Source: Mycobacteriales bacterium
GTDB lineage: Bacteria > Actinomycetota > Actinomycetes > JAFAQI01
Assembly: GCA_035545635.1 (NCBI GenBank)
Contig: DASZXY010000006.1
Coordinates: forward strand, 153,882-217,881
Direction of reading: 5' to 3'
Length of the DNA: 64,000 nucleotides
The position numbers and the translations under genes were made by a program. The notes beneath the pieces are model-generated. The model had not been told where the DNA came from, did not search any database, and saw only the letters and a list, made by a program, of their open reading frames with translations. Of the stretch, positions 1-8,951 are shown piece by piece. Each line of letters begins with the position of its first letter. Positions within the stretch are counted from its first letter, which is position 1.

Positions 1-1454
1 GCGTAGGACGTCGGGTTGGTGCCCTTGCCGGTCGCGAGCTTCGGGAGCCACTTCGCGTAGAAGCCGCCGGCCTTTACGGCGGTCTTCGCCTTGTCCGACA
101 GCGCGACGTCCGGCTCGATGATGTCGCCGGCGACGGTCAGGTGCTGATCGACCGCTTCTCTGGCGATCATCAGATGCATGATCTCGGTGGAGCCTTCGAA
201 GATGCGGTTGATCCGCATGTCACGAAGCAGCTGCTCGGCCGGGACCGGCTTCTCGCCGCGCGCCTTGAGGGACTCGGCGGTCTCATAGCCGCGGCCGCCT
301 CGGACCTGGATCATGTCGTCGACGACCTGCCACGCCATCTCCGACCCGTAGAGCTTGGCGAGGGCCGCTTCGATGCGAATGTCGTTGCGCTTCTCGTCCG
401 CAAGTCGGCTCGAGACGTCGAGCATCGCCTCGAGGCCGAATGCCGTGCCTGCGATGGATGCGATCTTCTGCGCGACGGCGTCGTGCTGTCCGACCGGGAT
501 GCCCCACTGGATCCGCTCGCTGCCCCACTCTCGCGCGATCTTCAGCGCGTACTTGCTGACGCTCGCGCAGATGGCGGGAAGTGCCAGCCGGCCGGTGTTG
601 AGCGTCGTCAACGCGATCTTCAGGCCCATGCCTTCCTTGCCCACCACGTTCGCGGCAGGGATGACGACGTTGTCGAACTTCGTCACCGAGTTCTCGATGC
701 CGCGCAGACCCATGAAGGAGTTACGCCGCTCGACGCTGACACCGGCCGTGTCCATCGGGACGATGAACGCCGTGATGCCACCGCGGTGGCCCTCGCTCTT
801 CGGCACCATCGCCATGACGATCACGACATCGGCGATCACGCCGTTGGTAGCCCAGAGCTTGGTGCCGTTGATCGTGTAGCTCGTGCCGTCTTCGCTGGGG
901 ACCGCGCTGACGCCGACGCGGGCGGGGTCTGAGCCGACGTCAGGCTCCGTCAGGAGGAAGGCGCTGATGTGCGTGCGGGCGACCTTTGGCAGCCATTCCT
1001 TCTTCTGTTCTTCTGAGCCGAACAGCATCAGCGGCTGCGGCAGTCCGATCGACTGGTGTGCGGACAGCAGAGTCGAGATCGCCGCGTGCCAGACGCCGGT
1101 CAGCGCCAGCGCCTTGTTGTAGTAGACCTGCGAGAGCCCGAGACCGCCGTACTCGGTCGGGATCTTCATGCCGAGCGCGCCAAGCTGCTTGAGACCTTCG
1201 ACGACGTCGTCAGGAATCTTCGCGTCGCGCTCGATGACCAGTGGGTCGACCTTGTTCTCGAGGAACGAGCGCAGCTCGGTGAGGAAGGCCTCGCCGCGCT
1301 CGACCGCTTCCGGCGCGAGGGCGGGTTGGGGGTGGATCAGGTCGAGGCGCAGATGACCGAGGAACAGCTCTTTGCCGAAGCTCGGCAACGTCCACTCGGT
1401 CTCGCGTGCTGCCTCGGCAACCTGACGGGCTTGCTTCTCGCTTACCTGGCTCAT
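1..1454 (-). CDS. acyl-CoA dehydrogenase, long FadE-type (C-terminal part lies beyond the window edge)
   Basis: Absent from the ORF track because it runs off the window edge. My minus-strand translation from ATG 1454 (GGGAG about 7 nt upstream) reads MSQVSEKQARQVAEAARETEW...SAFLLTEPDVGSDPARV...LRDMRINRIFEGSTEIMHLMIARE. These are classic ACAD motifs. The plus-strand ORFs 141-932, 355-879 and 1056-1640 are its shadows. Confidence 0.85.
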   Translation of the reverse strand, partial: MSQVSEKQARQVAEAARETEWTLPSFGKELFLGHLRLDLIHPQPALAPEAVERGEAFLTELRSFLENKVDPLVIERDAKIPDDVVEGLKQLGALGMKIPTEYGGLGLSQVYYNKALALTGVWHAAISTLLSAHQSIGLPQPLMLFGSEEQKKEWLPKVARTHISAFLLTEPDVGSDPARVGVSAVPSEDGTSYTINGTKLWATNGVIADVVIVMAMVPKSEGHRGGITAFIVPMDTAGVSVERRNSFMGLRGIENSVTKFDNVVIPAANVVGKEGMGLKIALTTLNTGRLALPAICASVSKYALKIAREWGSERIQWGIPVGQHDAVAQKIASIAGTAFGLEAMLDVSSRLADEKRNDIRIEAALAKLYGSEMAWQVVDDMIQVRGGRGYETAESLKARGEKPVPAEQLLRDMRINRIFEGSTEIMHLMIAREAVDQHLTVAGDIIEPDVALSDKAKTAVKAGGFYAKWLPKLATGKGTNPTSY

Positions 1455-1522
1455 CGTGCGGCTCCCGGCGTAGGTCCGTTGCCAGGAGTGTTACCCGCCG
1501 GTAGGCCTGCCGCAACCGGCCG

Positions 1523-2737
1523 TCAGGAGCCGGATACGCGAAACGGTGTGCGGATCCAGGTTCGGCCGTTGTCGAAGCTGGTCACGAACGCCGGCAACCG
1601 GCCACTCGTGACCCCGACGATGTGGCTGGGGCTGATGTAGGCCGCGAAGGTCACGGCTCCAGGGACGTCAGCGCGGGTCCAGCGGTTGCCGTGCTGGTGG
1701 CTCAGGAATGGCGCGCCGGTCCCGGTCGTGATCAGGAACTCGTCGGGTGACCCTGCGGACAGGGAGCCGGCAAAGGCGCGCACATGCGGGACGTTGGCGA
1801 TGTTGGCCCAGTGGCCGCCGGCGTCGATCGACTCGAAGAGACTGCCGACGCCACGCGCGGGGGTGCACTCGGCGGCGAGGCCCTTCTCGCTCCAGGCGGC
1901 GAAGGCCTGGCCACCGCCGCCGCAGGGGTTCTCCGGGTGGCTCCAGCTGAACCCGTCGTTGAGGCTGGTCCACATGTCGTCACCACCGGTGACGTAGATC
2001 GTGTGTCCGCGCAGCGTGATGGCTGGGTCGACGTTGCCGATCGGCTTGACGGCGGTGACCGGCACCAACGTGGGGTCGGCCAGGGTGCCTTGGAACAGCT
2101 GCAACGTCCCGCACTGGATACACGAGCGGACCAGTGCCCAGATGACACCGTTCGAGGTTTCCAGGTCGGCGATGTAGCCGGGGCTGGTCAGCGTGCGCCA
2201 CACGACGCCGCCGTCATACGTCGCCTGGTACTCGTCGCCGAAGCTGAGGCCTTGCATCAGGTTGGCGAAGCGCACCGATCCTTGCGGCGGTGTGGTCGCC
2301 GCTTCGATCGTCCAGCTCGCGCCGGCGTTGTCCGTACGGGCCAGGCCACCCGCGACCGTGCCGCCGCGCACCCGCAGCGACCCGGTCACCCATCCCTCGG
2401 ACTGCGAGACGAAGCTCACGGCCTCCGGCACCAGGCGGTCGAGAGACGGCCGGACGATCGGGTTCAGCTGGTTGTCACCGAGCGTCGATGTCGAGTCGCT
2501 GTGCGGTGGCGACTGGGAGAAGTGGATCTGCTGGTTGTCACTCGACCCGCGGACGGCGAGCACCGCTGGTGTCGCGCCGGCCAGCAGCACGACACCGGCC
2601 AGGCCGGCGAGCATCCCCTTCGCCCGCTTGCGCCGGCGAGCGCGGCCGGAGATCGCGGCCCACGCGCCTTCCGGTGGATCGAGCTCTTCGCCGCGGCCGC
2701 GCAACAGGCCTTCGAAGTCGACGTCGTCGTGGTTCAT
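1523..2737 (-). CDS. single-pass membrane protein with extracytoplasmic Asp-box (BNR-like) beta-propeller; candidate anti-sigma/sensor partner of the upstream ECF sigma
   Basis: 404 aa. Short N-terminal cytoplasmic segment, then TM segment GMLAGLAGVVLLAGATPAVLAV. Three exact S/T-x-D-x-G-x-x-W boxes (TYDGGVVW, SIDAGGHW, SFDNGRTW) plus two degenerate ones. ATGA overlap (2734-2737) with the sigma gene. Confidence 0.7.
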   Translation of the reverse strand: MNHDDVDFEGLLRGRGEELDPPEGAWAAISGRARRRKRAKGMLAGLAGVVLLAGATPAVLAVRGSSDNQQIHFSQSPPHSDSTSTLGDNQLNPIVRPSLDRLVPEAVSFVSQSEGWVTGSLRVRGGTVAGGLARTDNAGASWTIEAATTPPQGSVRFANLMQGLSFGDEYQATYDGGVVWRTLTSPGYIADLETSNGVIWALVRSCIQCGTLQLFQGTLADPTLVPVTAVKPIGNVDPAITLRGHTIYVTGGDDMWTSLNDGFSWSHPENPCGGGGQAFAAWSEKGLAAECTPARGVGSLFESIDAGGHWANIANVPHVRAFAGSLSAGSPDEFLITTGTGAPFLSHQHGNRWTRADVPGAVTFAAYISPSHIVGVTSGRLPAFVTSFDNGRTWIRTPFRVSGS

Positions 2738-3267
2738 CGTGAGTCCTCGAGCAGCGTTTGCAGCCGCGCCCTCGCGTCGTACAGATCGCGCTTCACCGTG
2801 CCCGGCGCGACACCAAGCTCCCTAGCGACGGCCTCGATCGGCATGTCCGCGAAGTAATGGAGTACGACGACCTGCGAGAGCCGCCGCGGCAGCGTCTCGA
2901 CGAGCATTCGAAGCTCTGGTGCCGGCGCCGCGGCGCTGGCTGTGGCGGTCGCGGTCTTGCGCAGTGCGACTCGTTCGCGCTCGCTTCGGCGCCAGCGGTC
3001 GCGGATCAGGTTGAGAGCGGTGGTGTAGAGGTAGGCGCGCGGGTCGCTGACGGTGCTCCAGCGCCCGAGCAGCCGGACGAAGGCCTCGGCGGCGATGTCG
3101 TGCGCGACGTCGTCGTCGCCGATCATTCGGCGGCACCAGCCGGCGAGCGGGGCGTAGTGCAGCCGGAAGACCGCCTCACCGGTCGGTGCGGCATCCACCG
3201 GTGCAGCCTCCCCCACGCCACGAGAGAGCCCAGTATCGATCACCGGGACAACTGCGCTCACATCCAT
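2734..3267 (-). CDS. ECF (group 4) RNA polymerase sigma-70 family factor
   Basis: 177 aa. Region 2-like DDDVAHDIAAEAFVRLL...YLYTTALNLIRDRWRR and region 4-like LPRRLSQVVVLHYFADMPIEAVARELGVAPGTVKRDLYDARARL. Confidence 0.85.
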   Translation of the reverse strand: MDVSAVVPVIDTGLSRGVGEAAPVDAAPTGEAVFRLHYAPLAGWCRRMIGDDDVAHDIAAEAFVRLLGRWSTVSDPRAYLYTTALNLIRDRWRRSERERVALRKTATATASAAAPAPELRMLVETLPRRLSQVVVLHYFADMPIEAVARELGVAPGTVKRDLYDARARLQTLLEDSR

Positions 3268-3305
3268 CAGACGACCGGTGTGGGTTCCTGGTTGGTGGGA
3301 GTTTC

Positions 3306-4286
3306 CTAGCTGGGCGTCAGCAGGACCTTGCCGATGTGCTCGCCGTCCGCAACGAGGCGGTGGGCTTCCGCGACCTGGCTCATCGGGAGCGTCGTGTGGA
3401 TCGTCGGGCGCACCCTGCCCTCGGCGACGAGCGGCCAGAGTCCCTCTACTACGGCCTGGCAGATCGCTGCCTTCTCCGGCAGCGGGCGGGCGCGCAACGA
3501 CGTGGCGTGAACGCTGCCGCGCTTGGTCAGCAGCGAGGCGATGTCAAGCTCGCCGCGGGTCCCGCCTTGCATCCCGATGATGACCAGCCGGCCGTTCGTC
3601 GCCAGCGCAGTCACGTTGCGCTCGAGATACGCCGCACCCATCAGATCGAGGACCACGTCGGCTCCGCGCCCGTCGGTCGCTGTCATGGTCGCCTCGACGA
3701 AGTCCTCGTCGCGGTAGTTGATACCGACGTCGGCGCCGAGCTCCCGGCAGCGCGCGAGCTTCTCGGCAGAGCCGGCGGTCGTGAGGATGGTCGCACCGAG
3801 TGCCTTGCCGATCTGGATCGCCATCGTGCCGATTCCGCTGGCTCCGCCGTGGACGAGCAGCGTCTCGCCAGACCTGAGCGCCGCGAGCTGGACGACGTTA
3901 GACCAGACGGTGGCGCCGACCTCCGGAAGTGCGGCGGCCTTGAGCACGTCGACTCCCGGCGGGAGTGGCATCACCTGTCCGACGGGCGCCAACGCCCGCT
4001 CGGCCTGGCCACCGCCGGCGAGCAGGGCACAGACCTCGTCGCCGACCGACCAGCTCGTGACGCCGGGCCCGACCTGGACGATGCGTCCGCTGCACTCCAG
4101 GCCGAGGGTGTCCGTGACACCGGCAGGTGGGGGGTAGAAGCCCATCCGTTGCAGCAGGTCGGCCCGGTTGACGGCGCTGGCCGCGACCTCGATCACGACC
4201 TCGTCGGGGCCGGGGACCGGGTCTTCGATCTCGGTCCACTGCAAGACGTCGAGGTCTCCGCCGCCGCTGCACCGGACTGCTTTCAT
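3306..4286 (-). CDS. qor: NADPH:quinone oxidoreductase (zeta-crystallin / MDR family)
   Basis: 326 aa. EVVIEVAASAVNRADLLQRMGFYPPP, GDEVCALLAGGG, LLVHGGASGIGTMAIQIGKALGA (Rossmann). Confidence 0.85.
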   Translation of the reverse strand: MKAVRCSGGGDLDVLQWTEIEDPVPGPDEVVIEVAASAVNRADLLQRMGFYPPPAGVTDTLGLECSGRIVQVGPGVTSWSVGDEVCALLAGGGQAERALAPVGQVMPLPPGVDVLKAAALPEVGATVWSNVVQLAALRSGETLLVHGGASGIGTMAIQIGKALGATILTTAGSAEKLARCRELGADVGINYRDEDFVEATMTATDGRGADVVLDLMGAAYLERNVTALATNGRLVIIGMQGGTRGELDIASLLTKRGSVHATSLRARPLPEKAAICQAVVEGLWPLVAEGRVRPTIHTTLPMSQVAEAHRLVADGEHIGKVLLTPS

Positions 4287-4376
4287 GCGCTCACGCTCTG
4301 TCCTGTTAGCAATCGAAATGTCGGATTCGCCGTCTTTCTCTGTATCAATACGTCACAAAGGGACATCATTTGACCC

Positions 4377-5591
4377 ATGAGCCCGCAGGACTCGCCGCTC
4401 TTCGCGCGGGTGGAGCGCGACATCCCAAAGCTCGCCAGGCGGATGCTGGACCGGTTCGTCGCGGAGATCCCGCTCTACAGCATGCTGCCCCGCGAGCAGC
4501 TCGAGGGTGAGATCGCGTCGATCACGGCGCTCAACCTGCGCTTGTTCTTCCAGTCGCTTCGTACCGACGGCCCGATCCCCGACGAGGAGCTCGTCGACAT
4601 CCGCAGCTCTGCCGCACGCCGGGCAGAGGAACGCGTGCCGCTCGACGCCGTACTGGCGGCCTACCACATCGGGGGCCGGATCGGCTGGGAGGCGTTGGTT
4701 GAGGCCGCCGAGCCAACCGAGCACGAAGTGCTGATCGTCGTCGCCGGACGGGTGCTGGAGTTCGTGCAGCAGGTGACCGGCGCGGTCGCGTCGGCTTACC
4801 TCGAGGAACGGCAGAGCATCTACGGCGAGGAGCGCGACGCGCTGCGTGCCGTTGCCTCCGCGCTGTTGGCCGGCGAGTCCGCCGACAAGCTCGCCGCTCG
4901 GGTCGGGGTCAGCATCGCGCCGTCGTACGTCGTCCTCGACGTCAGCATCGGCGACCACCCGGACGAGCAGGAGCATGGTGTCGGGGGCGCGGTCGCTGCG
5001 CGGCGCAAGCTTCGCCGGGTCCAGGGCCGACTGGAGCGGTGGGCGGGGCAGCCGGTCATCGGGCTGCTCGAGCCGATCGGCGGACCGGTGCTGATCGCGA
5101 CCACCCCTGATGAGTCGGACAAGGTGATTGCTGCGATGCCCGAGCTGCTCACCGAGCTGGCGGACGCCGCCGGCGCGCCGGTGAGCGCAGGCATCGCCTT
5201 GGCGGCGACGATCGGCGACCTCGCCGCCGCGACGCGCCAGGCGGGCGACGTCCTCGCCCTGGCAACCGGCCTCGGCAGGGGGCCCGGCGCCTACACGTTG
5301 AGCGACGTGTTGCTGGAGTACCAGCTCTCGCGTCCGAGCGACGCGCTCCCTGAGCTCGGACTGCTGCTCGAGCCGCTGGAGCGCAATCCGGACCTGGTGC
5401 TCACTCTCGAGACCTATCTCGCGCACGACCTCGACCGTCGCGGCACTGCCGCGGCGCTGCACGTGCACCCGAACACCCTCGACTACCGGCTCCGGCGCGT
5501 TGTGGAACTCACAGGGATCGACCCTGCCACCACGCGTGGCCTGCAGCTCGTCGGTGCCGCACTGGCGGCGCGTCGGCTACGAGGCGAGTAG
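4377..5591 (+). CDS. PucR/CdaR-family transcriptional regulator
   Basis: 404 aa. C-terminal PucR HTH: TLETYLAHDLDRRGTAAALHVHPNTLDYRLRRVVELTGID. Divergent from qor. Confidence 0.8.
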   Translation: MSPQDSPLFARVERDIPKLARRMLDRFVAEIPLYSMLPREQLEGEIASITALNLRLFFQSLRTDGPIPDEELVDIRSSAARRAEERVPLDAVLAAYHIGGRIGWEALVEAAEPTEHEVLIVVAGRVLEFVQQVTGAVASAYLEERQSIYGEERDALRAVASALLAGESADKLAARVGVSIAPSYVVLDVSIGDHPDEQEHGVGGAVAARRKLRRVQGRLERWAGQPVIGLLEPIGGPVLIATTPDESDKVIAAMPELLTELADAAGAPVSAGIALAATIGDLAAATRQAGDVLALATGLGRGPGAYTLSDVLLEYQLSRPSDALPELGLLLEPLERNPDLVLTLETYLAHDLDRRGTAAALHVHPNTLDYRLRRVVELTGIDPATTRGLQLVGAALAARRLRGE

Positions 5592-6521
5592 CTCCTTCAG
5601 CAGCCGGATCATGTCGCTGCTCGCTTCGGCGGCTCCGGCGCTCAGCTGCGTGAACCCGAAGAAGCCATGGATCATCCCGTCGTAGCGGCGTACGACGACC
5701 TCGACACCGGCGTCGGCCAGCGCCTTGCCGTAGGCGAGACCCTCGTCGCGCAGCGGATCGAACTCCGCGACGCCGATGACGGCGGGTGGCAGACCGGTCA
5801 GATCGGAGACCGCGATTGGTGACAGCCCCGGCGCTGCCGGGTCGATCCCGTCGGGGAGGTACTGCTCGCGGAACCACAGCATGTCTTCCGCGGTGAGGAA
5901 GTAGCCCTCAGCGTTCTCCACGCGTGAGGGGAAGTCGCCGTCTTCCGTGAAGTCCACGCCGGGGTAGATGAGGAACTGCGCGGCGAGTGCCGGTCCCTCG
6001 CCACGGCAGGCGAGCGCGACGTTTGCGGAGAGGTTGCCGCCGGCGCTGTCGCCACCGACCAGCAGCTTGCTTGCGTCGCCGCCGAGCGAGTCGATGTTGG
6101 CGGCGGCCCAGCGGGTGGCAGCGAGGCAGTCCTCTAAGCCGGCCGGGAAGGGATGCTCCGGCGCAAGCCGGTAGTCGACGCTCACGACCACCATCTCGCC
6201 GTCGCGGCAGATCAGGCGCGCCTGGTCGTCGTGCGTCTCGATGTCGCCGATGACGAACCCGCCGCCGTGGAAGAACACCATCGTCGGGACGGGACCGTCG
6301 ACATCCGGGCGGTACAAGCGGGCGGCACGCTCTCCCGCGCCGCCCGTGACGGTGATGTCCTCGACCGAGCGGACCTGCGCCAGTGTCGCGGCGTTGCGCA
6401 CGCCGACGGTTCCGGCGCGGAAGCCGGCGCGCGCCTGTTCTGCGGTGCTCGACGCGATCGTGGGTGCGCCCGCGTCAGCGAGAAACTTCAGGATGGCGGC
6501 GATCTGCGGGTCTAGCGGCAT
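5577..6521 (-). CDS. alpha/beta hydrolase, hormone-sensitive-lipase-type esterase
   Basis: VFFHGGGFVIGD oxyanion motif and GDSAGGNL nucleophile elbow. Start taken at MPLDPQ (ATG 6521); ATG 6539 is also possible. Confidence 0.8.
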   Translation of the reverse strand: MPLDPQIAAILKFLADAGAPTIASSTAEQARAGFRAGTVGVRNAATLAQVRSVEDITVTGGAGERAARLYRPDVDGPVPTMVFFHGGGFVIGDIETHDDQARLICRDGEMVVVSVDYRLAPEHPFPAGLEDCLAATRWAAANIDSLGGDASKLLVGGDSAGGNLSANVALACRGEGPALAAQFLIYPGVDFTEDGDFPSRVENAEGYFLTAEDMLWFREQYLPDGIDPAAPGLSPIAVSDLTGLPPAVIGVAEFDPLRDEGLAYGKALADAGVEVVVRRYDGMIHGFFGFTQLSAGAAEASSDMIRLLKELLAS

Positions 6522-6618
6522 CGCTAGATCATGGCCCATGCAATGGGCCGTCGCATGGGTGGTTCATGCATTTCGGGGCCGCTTTGGCCATGCGATGTCA
6601 CATTGCTTGGCTGAATCG

Positions 6619-7449
6619 TCAGGTCGGGCTGGCGAACATCGCCGCACTCTGTGCGGCGGCCGCCGGACAGACCAGGTCGCGGTCGCGGTGGTTGGTCCAC
6701 CACTGCATCAGCCAGTCGTCGCCGCCCGACGGACCGGTGCCGCAGGCGTGCTGAGCGTGCCGGGCGTGACCGGTTCCGATCGTCGACCACGTGGGCACCG
6801 TCGGCAGCTGCCAGCCCCCGACGACGTTCTTCCAGCCGTTCGGGTACGTGTAGAGCCCGACGGGGTAGCCGGCTGCGTTGTAGGCCTTGATGACCGCTTT
6901 GACGACGGCGCGGTTGTCGCGATGGCTCTTGCTCCAAGGGAAGGTCGGGTACGGCTCGACATCGACCCAGATCATCGGCGCCGTCATGTTGGCCGCGGAC
7001 ATCGTGCCGAGGTTGAACGTCGCCTCGGCGTACGCCGTGTTGCGCAGAGCACCGCGTGCGGTGCTTGCGTCGTACGGACCGTCCTGGCCGTAGGTGACGA
7101 TGTCCTTCTTCCGCGGGTACGTCGTCATCGCGTAGGCGCCGAGGTAGCGCTCGTGCGCCGCGACCCAGGCGACCTGGTCGGACAGGCAGGGATTCGCGTG
7201 GAAGCCCGGGCCGTTGGTGACGCCGACGATCACGAAGCTGGCGTCCGTCGTGGGCATCGGCTGGCCTTCTGTGCGCCGCTTGGGGATGCCCATCCCCTTC
7301 GGGCAGTTCGGCCATGAGATGTCGGCGCCGTGCACACCGGTCGTGGGCGCGCCCGTGACCCCCGACGCCTCGGAGGCACCGAGCGTCGCAACCATGACCA
7401 GCGCCATCGCGACAAGGCTGCGCAAAGCTGCGACGGCTGGGACCCGCAT
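6619..7449 (-). CDS. secreted GH25-like / DUF1906 (Rv2525c-like) glycoside-hydrolase-fold protein
   Basis: Signal peptide MRVPAVAALRSLVAMALVMVATLGASEA, then HGADISWPNC and VDVEPYP motifs typical of the family. Start taken at ATG 7449 within ORF 6619-7467. Confidence 0.65.
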   Translation of the reverse strand: MRVPAVAALRSLVAMALVMVATLGASEASGVTGAPTTGVHGADISWPNCPKGMGIPKRRTEGQPMPTTDASFVIVGVTNGPGFHANPCLSDQVAWVAAHERYLGAYAMTTYPRKKDIVTYGQDGPYDASTARGALRNTAYAEATFNLGTMSAANMTAPMIWVDVEPYPTFPWSKSHRDNRAVVKAVIKAYNAAGYPVGLYTYPNGWKNVVGGWQLPTVPTWSTIGTGHARHAQHACGTGPSGGDDWLMQWWTNHRDRDLVCPAAAAQSAAMFASPT

Positions 7450-7487
7450 CCGAACAGGACAGCACACCTTGCCCGCGACCTCTAGTT

Positions 7488-8024
7488 GTGAACCGGCCGT
7501 CTAGCCTCGCGAACGTGGAGACCGAGACAGGTGACTGCCCCGCCTGCGGTCGGCCGCTGGATCGCCACGAGCGCAACATCCGGTTCCGGCTGCCCGATCC
7601 GGTGCAGGAGACGATCGAGCAGGAGAACGCGCCCGGCGCCTGGATGAGTCACGCCGACGCGCAGACCTCGGTGATGATGCAGGTCCCGGATGTCGGCCCG
7701 TTCGTTCGGGCGTTGATCCCGGTCGCGCTCACCGGCGGTCACACCGTGACGTTCGGTGTCTGGTTGCTCGTCGATCCCGAGGACCTGCAGCGGGCGTCCG
7801 CGATCTGGCATCAACCGGAGTACGCCGATCTCGTCCTCGAGGGGTGGCTCGCCAACTCGCTGCCCGGGTGGGGGCTGTTGGGTACGCCGGTTAAGGCCGC
7901 CGTGCGCAAGCGACAGCACACGCCGTACTGCGTGGACAGCAGCGATCCGGTTCTCCATGCGGTGCTCACGCAGGAGTGGCGCCACGACCTGGTGCTCGAC
8001 GCACTCGAGGTGCACGGCATCTAA
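7488..8024 (+). CDS. DUF2199-like protein
   Basis: 178 aa. N-terminal CPACG zinc-ribbon-like motif, IRFRLPDP and TFGVWLLVDPEDL segments resemble DUF2199. Assigned from memory of the family only. Confidence 0.5.
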   Translation: MNRPSSLANVETETGDCPACGRPLDRHERNIRFRLPDPVQETIEQENAPGAWMSHADAQTSVMMQVPDVGPFVRALIPVALTGGHTVTFGVWLLVDPEDLQRASAIWHQPEYADLVLEGWLANSLPGWGLLGTPVKAAVRKRQHTPYCVDSSDPVLHAVLTQEWRHDLVLDALEVHGI

Positions 8025-8037
8025 CCTGGTGCGGCCT

Positions 8038-8126
8038 GGAGGGCTCGCCTAGTGGACGATGGCGGCGGTCTTGAAAACCGCTAAGCGGGGTGACTCGCTT
8101 CGTGGGTTCGAATCCCACGCCCTCCG
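8038..8126 (+). tRNA. tRNA-Ser (anticodon TGA)
   Basis: Hand-folded. Acceptor GGAGGGC/GCCCTCC, anticodon stem GCGGT/ACCGC with loop CTTGAAA, long variable arm, T-arm GTGGG-TTCGAAT-CCCAC, discriminator G. No encoded CCA. Confidence 0.9.
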
Positions 8127-8313
8127 CTGTGTGAAGTCGCGAGACTTGCTGTAGGTCTGTACGGCCGTGGTTGCTGTGTTGCCAGGCTCACGACGCTGTG
8201 TCGCGGCTCGTGTCTGCATCGCCCACCGCATGTGCGCGAGCGTTCGGCATTAGCGACCAGGGGCTTTCCGGGCCGAGGTCGCGCATCGGCAGCCGGCGGC
8301 TGGGACCTCCCCA

Positions 8314-8868
8314 TCAACGCCTGTTGATCTCACGGAGGTGGACGTTGTCAGCGACGCGCCGCGCCTCGAGAGCTGCAACGAGTTCGGCTCGCGCCCGGTA
8401 AATCCGCGACCGGACGGTTCCAACGGGGCATCCGATGGTGGCGGCGGCTTCCTCGTAGGAGAAGCCGAGGACCTGGGTGAGCACGAAGGCTTCTCGCCGG
8501 TCCGGTTCGAGCCGGCTGACGAGATCGTTGAGCGCAGCCGCTTCGGAAAGGTCGTGTTTGGTCGGTGGCTCGACGATCAGACCGACGTGTTCGACGGCCC
8601 GCCGGCGCTGTCTCAGCCGAATCTCGTCGATGCAAGTGTGGCGCGCGATACCGAGCAGCCACACTTTCGCGGGGGCGTCGCCGCGATAGCGGGGAAGAGC
8701 GCGGATCGCCTTGAGATAGGTCTGCTGAACGAGGTCGTCAGCGCCCTGATCGTCCACGACGGCAGCGCAATACCGCCGTACGTCCGTGATCGTTGAGGTG
8801 ATGAATCCGGCTAGTGCTGCGGCGTCGCCACGGGCTGCGCGAAGAGCCTGATCCGTGACGTCGCCCAC
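8314..8868 (-). CDS. sigC: ECF sigma factor, SigC-like
   Basis: 184 aa. ADDLVQQTYLKAIRALPRYRGDAPAKVWLLGIARHTCIDEIR and REAFVLTQVLGFSYEEAAATIGCPVGTVRSRIYRARAEL closely parallel my recollection of mycobacterial SigC. Divergent from the copper operon. Confidence 0.8.
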   Translation of the reverse strand: MGDVTDQALRAARGDAAALAGFITSTITDVRRYCAAVVDDQGADDLVQQTYLKAIRALPRYRGDAPAKVWLLGIARHTCIDEIRLRQRRRAVEHVGLIVEPPTKHDLSEAAALNDLVSRLEPDRREAFVLTQVLGFSYEEAAATIGCPVGTVRSRIYRARAELVAALEARRVADNVHLREINRR

Positions 8869-8951
8869 GCGGCGAGGCTATCGAGTCCGAATCCGGCACC
8901 GGACGGCGGCGGGCGCGGGAACTATCGCAGGTCCTCGCGCGACCATTCGAC

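Noticed and set aside
8127-8313. tRNA-Ser-adjacent segment as the edge of a genomic island. The copper cluster follows the tRNA.
   Set aside because: I found no integrase or recombinase, no visible direct repeat of the tRNA 3' end and no obvious compositional break. The copper genes look native in GC content and codon usage.
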